From Methanotrichaceae archaeon (GTDB taxonomy: Archaea; Halobacteriota; Methanosarcinia; Methanotrichales; Methanotrichaceae), in NCBI GenBank assembly GCA_963754945.1, contig CAVWIG010000023.1, positions 1-64,000 of the forward strand: a stretch of 64,000 nt of DNA. Direction: 5' to 3'. The position numbers and the translations under genes were made by a program. Positions 43,179 through 52,381 of this stretch are shown one piece after another. Position 1 is the first letter of the stretch, and every line of letters begins with the position of its first letter. The notes under the pieces are model-generated. The model was not told the origin of the DNA. It searched no databases and saw only the letters and a list, made by a program, of their open reading frames with translations.

Positions 43179-44174
43179 TCATAATTTTCTTCTATTGAGA
43201 ATACAAGAGACGCCAAAGAGACCTGCTAATGCAAAGGTCAGCTCGAATCCCGGCTGCTTTTTCGCTGGCGTCTGGTTCTCTTTTCCGGAGGTTTGGTTGT
43301 TCTGAATTGCTACAGAAGTTGCTGAATATTCTACAGGTATGAATCCATTCTCCTCAGCGATCTTCTGGCCCTGAGGGCTTTTTAGGAAGTCGATGTAAGC
43401 CTTAGCACCCGGATTTGGAGTGCCGAATGTGACCAAATAGAGCTTTCTGGCTAGAGAATAAGACCCATCCTTTATCGTCTCTACGGTCATTTGCTTTCCA
43501 TCCAGAGCGACGGCATCGAGATCTTTTCCCTGGATATAGCTGAAGCCCAGATAGCCAATCGCCTTATTGCTGCCGGTTACCGCTGTATTAACTTCTGCAC
43601 TGCTCATAGCTATGGTCTTAACACCAGGAGTTTCAGCTTTGCTGTTTCCCATGATGACTTCATTAAAAGTGTCCCGTGTGCCGGAACCCTGTTCTCTGGC
43701 AATGACGTAGATATCACTGTCCGGCACACCCAATTGGCTCCACTTTGTTATTTCTCCAGCGTAGATCTTCTTGACCTGATCACGGGTCAAATTCTTGACA
43801 CCCTCGTCATAGATCGCCTTGCTCACCGCAACTCCTATCCCATCGTAGGCTATGAGAAACACCTGGAACCGGTCGTTATACTTTTGCTTTTCATCGGTGG
43901 TTATCTCTCTGGAGACCATAGCCACTTCCGAACGACCTTCCGCTATGTTCGTGAATCCTACGCCAGTGCCGCCTCCTGTGACCGAAATGTGGAATTCATT
44001 CTGCTGAAGATTAAACGCCTCAGCTGCCATTTCTCCAAGAGGCAGAACTGTAGTCGATCCAGAAACAGATACTTCTGTAGTGGTTCCCAAAGAAACGCCA
44101 GTCGATCCAAGAAATAGAGATACAACCAATAGTATTAGAAGCCTGTTTATATTATCACCATTTTCAGGGTACAA
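43179..44174 (-). CDS. pstS: Phosphate ABC substrate-binding protein with PGF-CTERM
   Basis: GSTTVLP, GGGTG.G, RE.GSGTR..F, IGY.G, Y.L.R.LY; QPGF+TM+RRK. Confidence 0.9.
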   Translation of the reverse strand: MYPENGDNINRLLILLVVSLFLGSTGVSLGTTTEVSVSGSTTVLPLGEMAAEAFNLQQNEFHISVTGGGTGVGFTNIAEGRSEVAMVSREITTDEKQKYNDRFQVFLIAYDGIGVAVSKAIYDEGVKNLTRDQVKKIYAGEITKWSQLGVPDSDIYVIAREQGSGTRDTFNEVIMGNSKAETPGVKTIAMSSAEVNTAVTGSNKAIGYLGFSYIQGKDLDAVALDGKQMTVETIKDGSYSLARKLYLVTFGTPNPGAKAYIDFLKSPQGQKIAEENGFIPVEYSATSVAIQNNQTSGKENQTPAKKQPGFELTFALAGLFGVSCILNRRKL

Positions 44175-44351
44175 GAGAAATATCTAAACTTATCGCCATA
44201 GAGAAAATAGATCTAAATATTTTATATACCGATAAGCTATTTCGAGCAGAAATTTCGCTGATGTTATAAGCCAAGTTACGGTGCTACGCGCCTAGCTCTC
44301 TTAACCTTCGAAGTGAGCATTAAATCACAAACCACCATATAGCGTTGTTCT

Positions 44352-44570
44352 CTAGGATCTCGACATGTCCATAGAGCATAGTCGAGGTTGTTGGTATGCC
44401 AAGCATGGGAGCAGTGCAGACGATGTGGCACCATTCGCTCGTAGTGAGTTTTCCAGGACATATCTTCTGCCTCACAGAATCAACTAGAATCTCTGCAGCG
44501 GTCCCTGGCATGGAGCCCAGGCCGCTCTTCTTAAGCTCAATCAATGCATTCTCCACTGGGACTCTAGAGT
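44352..44570 (-). pseudogene. Internal duplicate fragment of cofH
   Basis: Matches about 49620-49835 (SMPGTAAEILVDSVRQKICPGK...). Confidence 0.9.
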
Positions 44571-44709
44571 ACCTTGCTACAACCCGTGTTACTACCCTCG
44601 CTACTATCCGTACTCCTGCCAGAACTGGCCTTGCATGAACTGTGATTCATGTCGAGATTGCGGCTATCCAAGCCGCGGCCTAAACCCGGTTCCACCAATT
44701 CCGTACTAG
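44571..44709 (+). repeat. Duplicate of the 3' end of the Tyr/Cys-rich gene
   Basis: Direct repeat of 42952-43090 with scattered substitutions. Confidence 0.9.
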
Positions 44710-44724
44710 GATGCATCTCCGAGG

Positions 44725-44868
44725 CGGCCTAAGCTTGGCCAGAACAGTCCCGCCTACTTGTAGTCCTGCCCGGCCAGGAGTAGCAGGATGCACTTCCCAC
44801 GGTCGTCCTTGGTTGCTTTCAGCAATCTGGCGAACTCTTCTGGCTTCAGGAACTTCTCGGCTTCCATG
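44725..44868 (-). pseudogene. Tyrosine recombinase/integrase fragment
   Basis: MEAEKFLKPEEFARLLKATKDDRGKCILLLLAG / AGLQVG resembles box I (TGLRxxE). Confidence 0.6.
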
Positions 44869-44917
44869 CACAAGAGGATTAAGTTCAAGCCATATCAGTT
44901 CGACTCTTCAATGGATA

Positions 44918-46327
44918 CTGTACTTTCCAACTTTTTCGTATATTTATAATATCATCAGATTAAATTAGAATATAAATTTAATAAAAAAAATAAAAAGTAA
45001 GGGTTTTATACTAGGATCAAATTCTCTCTTTTGGGAGTAGAATGATCAAAATAATAAAGGTACCATTACAATTAGAGCCGTTCTTGAATGAATTTCAGGA
45101 TCTTTTTACGAAACCGAGTTATGGATCGTTTCGAGATTTGTGTGGAGCGTTAAGCGTGTGTGATAAATCCAAGACCGTTTCCAACCTTTGTGATACTATG
45201 GCCGAATGTAGGAAAGGAAAAAAAGCACGCTCTTCGTACAATTGGTTCTTTAGCGATGCGAATTGGGACGAGGATGAAGTTGCTCAACGCAAAGTGGACC
45301 TTTTTATTGAGAAATTATGTTTAAAAGAAAATGATAGAATGTTGTTAATAATTGATGACACATACAATGAGAGGGAAGGAACTCAAACGGAAGGTGTAGG
45401 AAAATTTTATGATCATAGTAAAGAAACCTACATTTGGGGTAACAATTTTGTTACCTCTGTTATCCAATCCAAAGGATTATTCATACCACATAAAGCTAAG
45501 ATGTATATCAAGAATGATGACGAAAATGAGAATTTTAGAACAAAAATGGAGATTGCCTTGGACGAGATCATTGAACCATTAGAAGTACCAAAAAGCATGG
45601 ACCTTTATATCGTTTTCGATAGCTGGTGGTTTTCTTCTGATCTCTTTAACAAGTGTCTCAAATTAGGGCATAATATAGTCTGCCAAATCAAATCTGATAA
45701 GAAAATCAGGATAAATAAGGACATGTGTTTTCAGGTTAGAGACTTAGCAAACCAAATTGAGGATAAGTATTTTATTAAGACAACTATTAGTGTTCGGGGC
45801 AAAAAGAAGACCTACTATGCATTTGAAAAGAAGGTAGTCATAGACAAGGTAGGCGAAGTTAAACTTGTAGTCTCAAAGAGAAAAAAGGAGAGCACTACAA
45901 AATATTTTATAAGCACTAATGAATCGCTTTCGTCGAAAGAAATACTCTCAATTTACGAGGATAGATGGGATATCGAGACGGCCCACAGAGAGACAAATCA
46001 AAAATTAGGATTCAAAGATTACCAATTAAGAGAAAAACAATCAATTGAAAGATTTATTCAGCTAGTCTTCTCAGTATGGACTGCGATTCTCTTATGGGAA
46101 ATAGACAATCCGCCATCTGGGGACGGTTCAAATCCAAGAACTATGGGCGACATGATCGACCTAGTAAAAATGCAAGCATTAGGTGAAACATTTGAATATG
46201 TGCTGATGTATTTTAATACACCCGTACCGGAAGGCGGATTGCTTTATATACTCAGAAGCATGGGATTGAAAATATAATTTGATATAATTTAGAAAATATA
46301 AATAAAGGAGAAACTTGGAAAGTACAG
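44918..46327 (+). mobile_element. IS701-like element
   Basis: TIR CTGTACTTTCCAA/TTGGAAAGTACAG; 8-bp TSD AATGGATA; AT-rich. Confidence 0.9.
45042..46277 (+). CDS. DDE transposase (IS701/IS4 superfamily)
   Basis: LIIDDT, VFDSWW, Y..RW.IE..HR...Q.LG. Confidence 0.9.
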   Translation: MIKIIKVPLQLEPFLNEFQDLFTKPSYGSFRDLCGALSVCDKSKTVSNLCDTMAECRKGKKARSSYNWFFSDANWDEDEVAQRKVDLFIEKLCLKENDRMLLIIDDTYNEREGTQTEGVGKFYDHSKETYIWGNNFVTSVIQSKGLFIPHKAKMYIKNDDENENFRTKMEIALDEIIEPLEVPKSMDLYIVFDSWWFSSDLFNKCLKLGHNIVCQIKSDKKIRINKDMCFQVRDLANQIEDKYFIKTTISVRGKKKTYYAFEKKVVIDKVGEVKLVVSKRKKESTTKYFISTNESLSSKEILSIYEDRWDIETAHRETNQKLGFKDYQLREKQSIERFIQLVFSVWTAILLWEIDNPPSGDGSNPRTMGDMIDLVKMQALGETFEYVLMYFNTPVPEGGLLYILRSMGLKI

Positions 46328-46383
46328 AATGGATAAAGATAAATTATTAACATCGATCAGCAATAAGTACGTGGTGAAGCTCA

Positions 46384-48082
46384 TTGCCATACCAGACGGA
46401 GATCCATACGAAATCTATTAGTAGACAGAGTGAGAACCGCCAGGAGGCTCTTGAACTACTAAAAACCCCATTTTCCAAAAATTTTGGACAAAGCTCAAGC
46501 CTGGCAGGATCTTCACAAGCTAACTCAGGATAAAAACAAGTTCGTTCGATGGAAAGCTGCATATGTTCTGGAAACGGTTTTTGGCCAAGTTCCTGACAAA
46601 GTCCCGGCCTGGCACGATCTCATCAGGCTCGCTCAAGATGAAGACGCTCTCGTGCGATGGGAAGCTGCGGGTGCCCTAGGAAGAGCTTTCGGCCAAGTCC
46701 CTGACAAAGGTCAAGCCTGGCAGGATCTCCAAACGCTAATTCAGGATGAAGACAGTTTCGTGCGAAGGGGAGCTGCAGATGCCCTGGGAAGGGCTTTCAG
46801 TCATGTACTTAACAAAGCTCAAGCCTGGCAGGATCTCCAAACGCTAATTCAGGATGAGGACAATTTCGTACGAATGTATGCTTACCACTCCCTGGGACGA
46901 GCTTCAGTGCTCAAGGCTACAGAGGCAGATGGAAAAGTGATATTGAGGAAGGAATTAGAAAACGCAGTTGTTTATTTCGAAAAATCAACTCAAGAAGTGA
47001 GTTTTTTCCACGCCGCCAAGTTTTGCCATCCATTCTATCGCACATACCTTGCTATAACTTTCCAAGAGGCAAAGGAAGATGAAGTTCAAAGGTACCTTGC
47101 TGAAGCTAAAGAAGCTGTAGGTGGCTCCGAGAGCAAATATGAGCTTCTCAAAGCGGTCGAGAACCTTGCCAGGGCCCTTCAGGAGTCTCAACGTTTGAAG
47201 GACAGGTCTTTTCAGGAGGTTGCCAACGAACTAAACGCCTACAGGTGGTACTGCGATAAGGCATCTGAGTATATGATTGCAGCCGAAGACAAAGCACCTG
47301 GAGCTGTCAAGCTGCTCAGAAAATGCAACCCTATTCTTGATGAGAGAATACACGCCATCATTGCCGAGATCCAGGAAAAAGCCTGGCAGATCTGTCAGAT
47401 TACTCGTGGCAAGGGTACTGATTATGAATATATTGGTGCCGAGATCAATAAAGCCGCCAAAGTGCTTTCAACCGAGGATATTCACAACATCCATAAGAAC
47501 GTCTCTATAATCACTTCTCAGTTAACCGAGTTATGCAGGATTCTGCCAGATAATACAAAAAAATTGGCTTGTGAAGCTGTCGATGGGATTCAGATGGCTG
47601 CTGAGTTTCCGGAAAAGCTCGATAAAATGAAAGAGGCCCTTGCATACATCGTACCTGTCACCGAATTATCTCTTCAAGTCAAAGATGTCATGAAGGAAAT
47701 TCAAACGGCGAAAGATGACATCTTAGGTCGTCTCAGCCAAAGCGAGAAAAACACCGTTGAAGCACTACTCAAAGCGCTTGGTGAGGAATACCAGGATTTG
47801 CAGTTCCAAGATCAGATGAAAGAAACACTCGACGCTTTGGTGGAGCTGCTAGTCCAGATAAAGAAGAAAAAAGCCTTAGACTCAGATCCGACCATGACGG
47901 AAAAGGTGAAGAGCACTACTAAAATTATCGAAGATTACAATGTAAATCTCAAACGCAAGATGGAAGTTACCATACCCTTGATACCTGTTCTCCTTAACTA
48001 CAAATGGGAAGTCGAGTTAGAAGGTGGCGATATCAATCTAAGGGCTGCCTGGAACAAGCTGAGGAGCAGCCTTCGCATGTGA
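46384..48082 (+). CDS. HEAT-repeat protein with helical C-terminus; +1 frameshift at C4 run 46466-46469
   Basis: DK.QAWQDL..L.QDED..VR..AA.ALG repeats; upstream LPYQTEIH... segment in another frame. Confidence 0.75.
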
Positions 48083-48292
48083 AAATGCTCGTCGATTTCG
48101 GTTTCAGAGAATCTTACATTCTGCCTATAGCAAAGGGTTTCCAGAGCGGAGAAGAGCCAAACAATCTGGAGGCTTTCACATGATCAACTGGTTATGGAAA
48201 CGAGAGGCCAGAAGAGTTCTAGAATGCCCTTCTAAGCGATCAATTTGTCCCAGGATTCAGATCAAGAATAGATAACCTTTTGTGATTATCAA

Positions 48293-49186
48293 GTGAAACG
48301 GCGGCTGTGCACCCCGCGGCAGGGCAGTGGAAGCATGCGATTCTTAGCTGATGCGGTTACTGAAAGGTAGATTAGAACTGCCAGCATCAGAGCCAAAAGT
48401 CTCATAGCTTGCTTTAGCAGTGAAGAGAAAACTTTGGGGTTAGGGATAAAAGGCAATCATTTGAGGATGGAGATAAATAATCCAAGATAAATTACCCCTA
48501 CAAAAAGTCCAAGAATATAGGATGCAGTAGCCGCTATTAGATATTTTTTAGTATCATCCTCTAGGATAATAAATTCGTTTACTAATCCAACCCAGGCGCC
48601 TGCCGCAATCGCTTGTTTATGAGCCTCTTCGAACTCGGCATCGAAATTGGCCAAAAGACTTATTGCTTGGCTAGGATCAGATTTTGCTAGTTTTTGCTTT
48701 TCAGAGATCGTCTTAAACCTCGCTGCATATAGCTCTCTATTATAATCGAACTTATAGCTATTATAGTATAGCTTTATCCTAAAATAAGCAAATATCGCAG
48801 CAGATATGAACAAGAGTACCATGGATAAAACAAATAGCCATTTATTCGGCAATGCGCTTTTTATTACAAATGAAGAGTCATCGACGGTATTTATATAACG
48901 TGTAGTAAATTTATCGAAATTTCCCACAAACCACAACAAAGTTCCCGCACTTACCGCCAGCCCCCAGTTAACAAATCGCTCGAATGATGCTAGGCTCTTT
49001 TCCAGCGGGTTTTTTATTTCTAGAAGTCTTGCAACTTCTTTAGAACCATCACCGTTTTGAGGAGATCTCTCTACTTTTCCACCAGCCATGCTAGATCATC
49101 GACCTCCTATTTTAAAAAGATAACTAGCAATTAGAAACAGTCAAACAGCGCACCGCAGCAAGCAGCAGAGTAATGATTTAAAAAAT
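48293..49186 (-). mobile_element. Degenerate IS200-ended element carrying a passenger gene
   Basis: Both ends resemble the ends of 11156-11747; TTAT flank on - strand. Confidence 0.55.
48457..49089 (-). CDS. AT-rich three-TM hypothetical membrane protein
   Basis: GGAGGT RBS; three hydrophobic segments. Confidence 0.7.
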   Translation of the reverse strand: MAGGKVERSPQNGDGSKEVARLLEIKNPLEKSLASFERFVNWGLAVSAGTLLWFVGNFDKFTTRYINTVDDSSFVIKSALPNKWLFVLSMVLLFISAAIFAYFRIKLYYNSYKFDYNRELYAARFKTISEKQKLAKSDPSQAISLLANFDAEFEEAHKQAIAAGAWVGLVNEFIILEDDTKKYLIAATASYILGLFVGVIYLGLFISILK

Positions 49187-49208
49187 ATAATATAATCTCC
49201 GATAAATT

Positions 49209-50330
49209 TTATCGTAAACGCTCGTATAATGTCGTCCTCTGAACCGCAGTTCTGCCATGATCCTCGATGATGGCCCTCAGCTCATCGGGAGATAGGTACT
49301 GTGCCTCCTTTGAACCCGCACTCCTGGATATGTTCTCCTCCATCAGCGTCCCTCCAATGTCGTTGACACCCCACTCGATGGCAGACCCTGCTACGATTCT
49401 CCCTAGCTTAGTCCAGCTTGCCTGGATGTTGGTGATGTAAGGATGTAAGGCAACTCTGGCTAATGCATGCATTTTGAGATGGTGGAGAATACTTTTGGGC
49501 TTCGCCAATGGGCCTAGCGGATTGTTGCCGGACATGAACGGCAAAAGAACAAACTCGGTGAACCCGTGAGTTCTGGCCTGGATCTCCCTGAGGACCTGAA
49601 GGTGCCTGAGGCGGTCTTCCAGGCTCTCGACATGTCCGTAGAGCATAGTCGAGGTTGTTGGTATGCCGAGAGTGTGGGCGGTGGAGACAATGTGGCACCA
49701 TTCGCTCGTAGTGAGTTTCCCCGGACATATCTTCTGCCTCACAGAATCAACGAGAATCTCAGCAGCCGTCCCGGGCATGGAGCCCAGTCCGCTCTTTTTA
49801 AGCTCGACCAATGCATCCTCCACAGGTACGCGAGAGTTCCTCGACATGTGGAGAACCTCCATGGGAGAGTAGGCGTGAAGGTGCATCCTTGGGTAGCTTT
49901 GTCCAATCAGCTCCAGGATATCACAGTAGTCCTCAATGACCATCTCAGGGTCCAACCCACCCTGAAGGCAAATCTCAGTGGCCCCTATCCGCTCAGCCTC
50001 CTCCACACGGCTTAGGATCGCATCTAGAGATAGCTTATAGCCAACATTTTGCCTGAAGGCACAGAAGCTGCAGCTTCCAACGCAACGGTTGGTGAAGTTT
50101 ATGTTCCTGTTGATGACGAACGATACCTCATCGCCACAGCTTTTCTGTCTCATTCGATTTGCCAGACGAAAGAGCCTCACCGGCTGACTCCAAAGCTTCA
50201 GGAGCTCACAGTTATCGATTAGACCCGAATGAGGAGGAGAAGAAGAAGAAGGATTGAGTGATTCAAGGGACTCCAAAAAGGGTTCATGCAATTCAGAAGA
50301 TTTTGAAACGCTTGATAGCTTTGATAGCAT
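49209..50330 (-). CDS. cofH: FO synthase subunit 2 (radical SAM)
   Basis: NRNINFTN.C...C.FCAF, SMPGTAAEIL, T.TM.YGHVE, NIQASW, ND.GGTLMEE.IS. Confidence 0.93.
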   Translation of the reverse strand: MLSKLSSVSKSSELHEPFLESLESLNPSSSSPPHSGLIDNCELLKLWSQPVRLFRLANRMRQKSCGDEVSFVINRNINFTNRCVGSCSFCAFRQNVGYKLSLDAILSRVEEAERIGATEICLQGGLDPEMVIEDYCDILELIGQSYPRMHLHAYSPMEVLHMSRNSRVPVEDALVELKKSGLGSMPGTAAEILVDSVRQKICPGKLTTSEWCHIVSTAHTLGIPTTSTMLYGHVESLEDRLRHLQVLREIQARTHGFTEFVLLPFMSGNNPLGPLAKPKSILHHLKMHALARVALHPYITNIQASWTKLGRIVAGSAIEWGVNDIGGTLMEENISRSAGSKEAQYLSPDELRAIIEDHGRTAVQRTTLYERLR

Positions 50331-50849
50331 TCAAATATCCATCTCCGCATCGTCGCTGATCCTGCGCTCCTTGGGAAGCTGGGAAACCAGCTTTCCATGA
50401 GAGTACAGCCCGCAACCTAGTACGTCCCCATTATAAAATACTACCACATACCCCGGTTCGACGTTTGCTTCAAGGACCTGACTCTTCCCAGCAAAGAAGA
50501 TCCCGGATTGCTCCCTATTCAGATGTACAGCGTTCTTGGTGGCATGCCTTCCGAAGACCTGAAGAGCGCAGCTTGTGGGTTTCCAGGGTTCTTCTTTGAA
50601 GTTCATCATCCTGAGACCTATCGCCTCATAACTTAACTTAGGCAGGGCTGTGTCACTAAAGGCCCAGACGTTTTGGGCGCGCCTATAGAATGAAAAGCTA
50701 TCAAAGACCTGCACAGGAATCCCGAACCGCTCTTGCCATAGCCCGGCGATTTTGGAGCGATCCTCCAGTTCAAAGGCTGTCCTATTTCTTGACAAGCTTG
50801 GCGACAAAAAACCCCCCTGTATCGTTCTGATGAGGATAATACCTGGCAC
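50331..50849 (-). CDS. RsmF/NOL1-associated pre-PUA/PUA-like protein (true start probably near 50795)
   Basis: ERFGIP, KPT..ALQ..G..ATKN, GYVVV....LGCG, SQLPK. Confidence 0.75.
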   Translation of the reverse strand: MPGIILIRTIQGGFLSPSLSRNRTAFELEDRSKIAGLWQERFGIPVQVFDSFSFYRRAQNVWAFSDTALPKLSYEAIGLRMMNFKEEPWKPTSCALQVFGRHATKNAVHLNREQSGIFFAGKSQVLEANVEPGYVVVFYNGDVLGCGLYSHGKLVSQLPKERRISDDAEMDI

Positions 50850-51681
50850 AGTGCTTTAATTCATCGCAAAACTCTTTGCCGTTCCACTCAGTGAGACCTG
50901 GACATCCTTTCAGGCCCGGAACCGACGCTTCCTCAAGGCGGACCGTGTCCCGATACTCGCTTAGCACATCGTCAACTACTGCCTCGTTCTCTTCCGGAGC
51001 GTAGGTACAGGTAGAATAGACTATGAGGCCCTCGGACCTTGTTAGCTGGACAGCTCTCTTCAGCAGCCCGATCTGGAGCACCTGGAGGTCGAGAGATCTC
51101 TTTAGACTGCACCTGCTTAGGACCTTCGGGTCCTTTCTGGCCATCCCTTCGCTAGAGCATGGAGCATCCACTAGGACCCGCTCGAACTGTTGATGAGGAA
51201 ACCTCCGGCCGTCGTATCTTGTTATGGCCACGTTGATGGCTCCCAACCGCTCGCAGTTTGACCTCAAAGAGGTTACTCTGGCTAGAGATGGTTCATTAGC
51301 TATTACCAGACCACGGTTCTCCGTCGCTTGAGAGATCTGGGTAGTTTTGCTGCCCGGCGCTGCACACAGATCCAGAACCCGATCACCCGGCTGAGGGTCT
51401 AGCACGATTGGAGGGACCATGGATACCTCTTCCTGGATGTGGATATGTCCCAGCAAGTGCTCGATCATCTTTCCAGGACGCTCAACGTTCAATCTAAGGC
51501 CCAGAGGATACCAGTCCAGAGATGTGTACTCAACCCCAGATCTATCCAGGCGGTCTAGAAGGCTTGATTTGCTCGTCTTCAGGGTGTTTATCCGAACCGA
51601 TGCCGGCAGCGGCCTGTCCAAAATGGACAAGAAGCCATCGAAGTCCGGAATGATCTCCCGGTACCTCTGAAGATGATCCAT
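50782..51681 (-). CDS. RsmB/NOP2 family RNA m5C methyltransferase
   Basis: DLCAAPGSKT, DAPCS.EG, YSTCT..PEENE, GFFVA. Confidence 0.94.
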   Translation of the reverse strand: MDHLQRYREIIPDFDGFLSILDRPLPASVRINTLKTSKSSLLDRLDRSGVEYTSLDWYPLGLRLNVERPGKMIEHLLGHIHIQEEVSMVPPIVLDPQPGDRVLDLCAAPGSKTTQISQATENRGLVIANEPSLARVTSLRSNCERLGAINVAITRYDGRRFPHQQFERVLVDAPCSSEGMARKDPKVLSRCSLKRSLDLQVLQIGLLKRAVQLTRSEGLIVYSTCTYAPEENEAVVDDVLSEYRDTVRLEEASVPGLKGCPGLTEWNGKEFCDELKHCARYYPHQNDTGGFFVAKLVKK

Positions 51682-51831
51682 AGTACCCGATTGAATGTCG
51701 TGCAGAAATATCTTCTCTTTGGCTCACGGATAGACATTCTCCCGTATAAGCAAAAGGATTTAATAGTCGGGAATCAGCAATTTAGGCGCGAAAAGTCGTT
51801 TTCGAGGTTTTTCGCGAAGGACGGTGAAGAT

Positions 51832-52059
51832 TTGTTTAGAAGTGATGGAGGATCTTCCATGGGCGGATCCGATCCAGCTGCTCCGGTAGAAGCTGGAAAA
51901 GAGTACGATGTTGAGATTCAGGACATAGCCCGTGAAGGCGATGGCATTGCTAGAATTGAAGGATTTGTGATCTTCGTACCCGATGCAAAAGTCGGTGACA
52001 AGACCAAGATCCAAGTCGACAAGGTAATGCGCCGTTTCGCTATTGGCCATAAGGTTTAA
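51832..52059 (+). CDS. Single-TRAM-domain protein
   Basis: MFRS... start matches 8569 paralog; GGTGA RBS. Confidence 0.92.
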   Translation: MFRSDGGSSMGGSDPAAPVEAGKEYDVEIQDIAREGDGIARIEGFVIFVPDAKVGDKTKIQVDKVMRRFAIGHKV

Positions 52060-52088
52060 GACGATTTTCGTGAAGGAAGGTGAAGGTT

Positions 52089-52307
52089 TTGTTCAGACGT
52101 GAAGAGGGCTCCTCCATGGGCCAAGCTGCGCCCGTCGAGGTCGGAAAAGAGTACGATGTCGAGATTCAGGACATAGCCCGTGAAGGCGATGGCATTGCTA
52201 GAATCGAAGGATTTGTGATCTTCGTACCCGAGGCAAAAGTCGGTGACAAGGTCAAGGTTCAGATCGACAGGGTAATGCGGCGCTTTGCTATTGGTCACAA
52301 GATTTGA
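52089..52307 (+). CDS. Single-TRAM-domain protein, tandem paralog
   Basis: Near-identical DNA to the preceding gene. Confidence 0.92.
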   Translation: MFRREEGSSMGQAAPVEVGKEYDVEIQDIAREGDGIARIEGFVIFVPEAKVGDKVKVQIDRVMRRFAIGHKI

Positions 52308-52381
52308 GCTGAGAAAATTTGTTGCTGCTTTAAGGTTTCTGGTTCTTCGAACCAGGCCCAAAATATTTGTTTACAGCGTTT

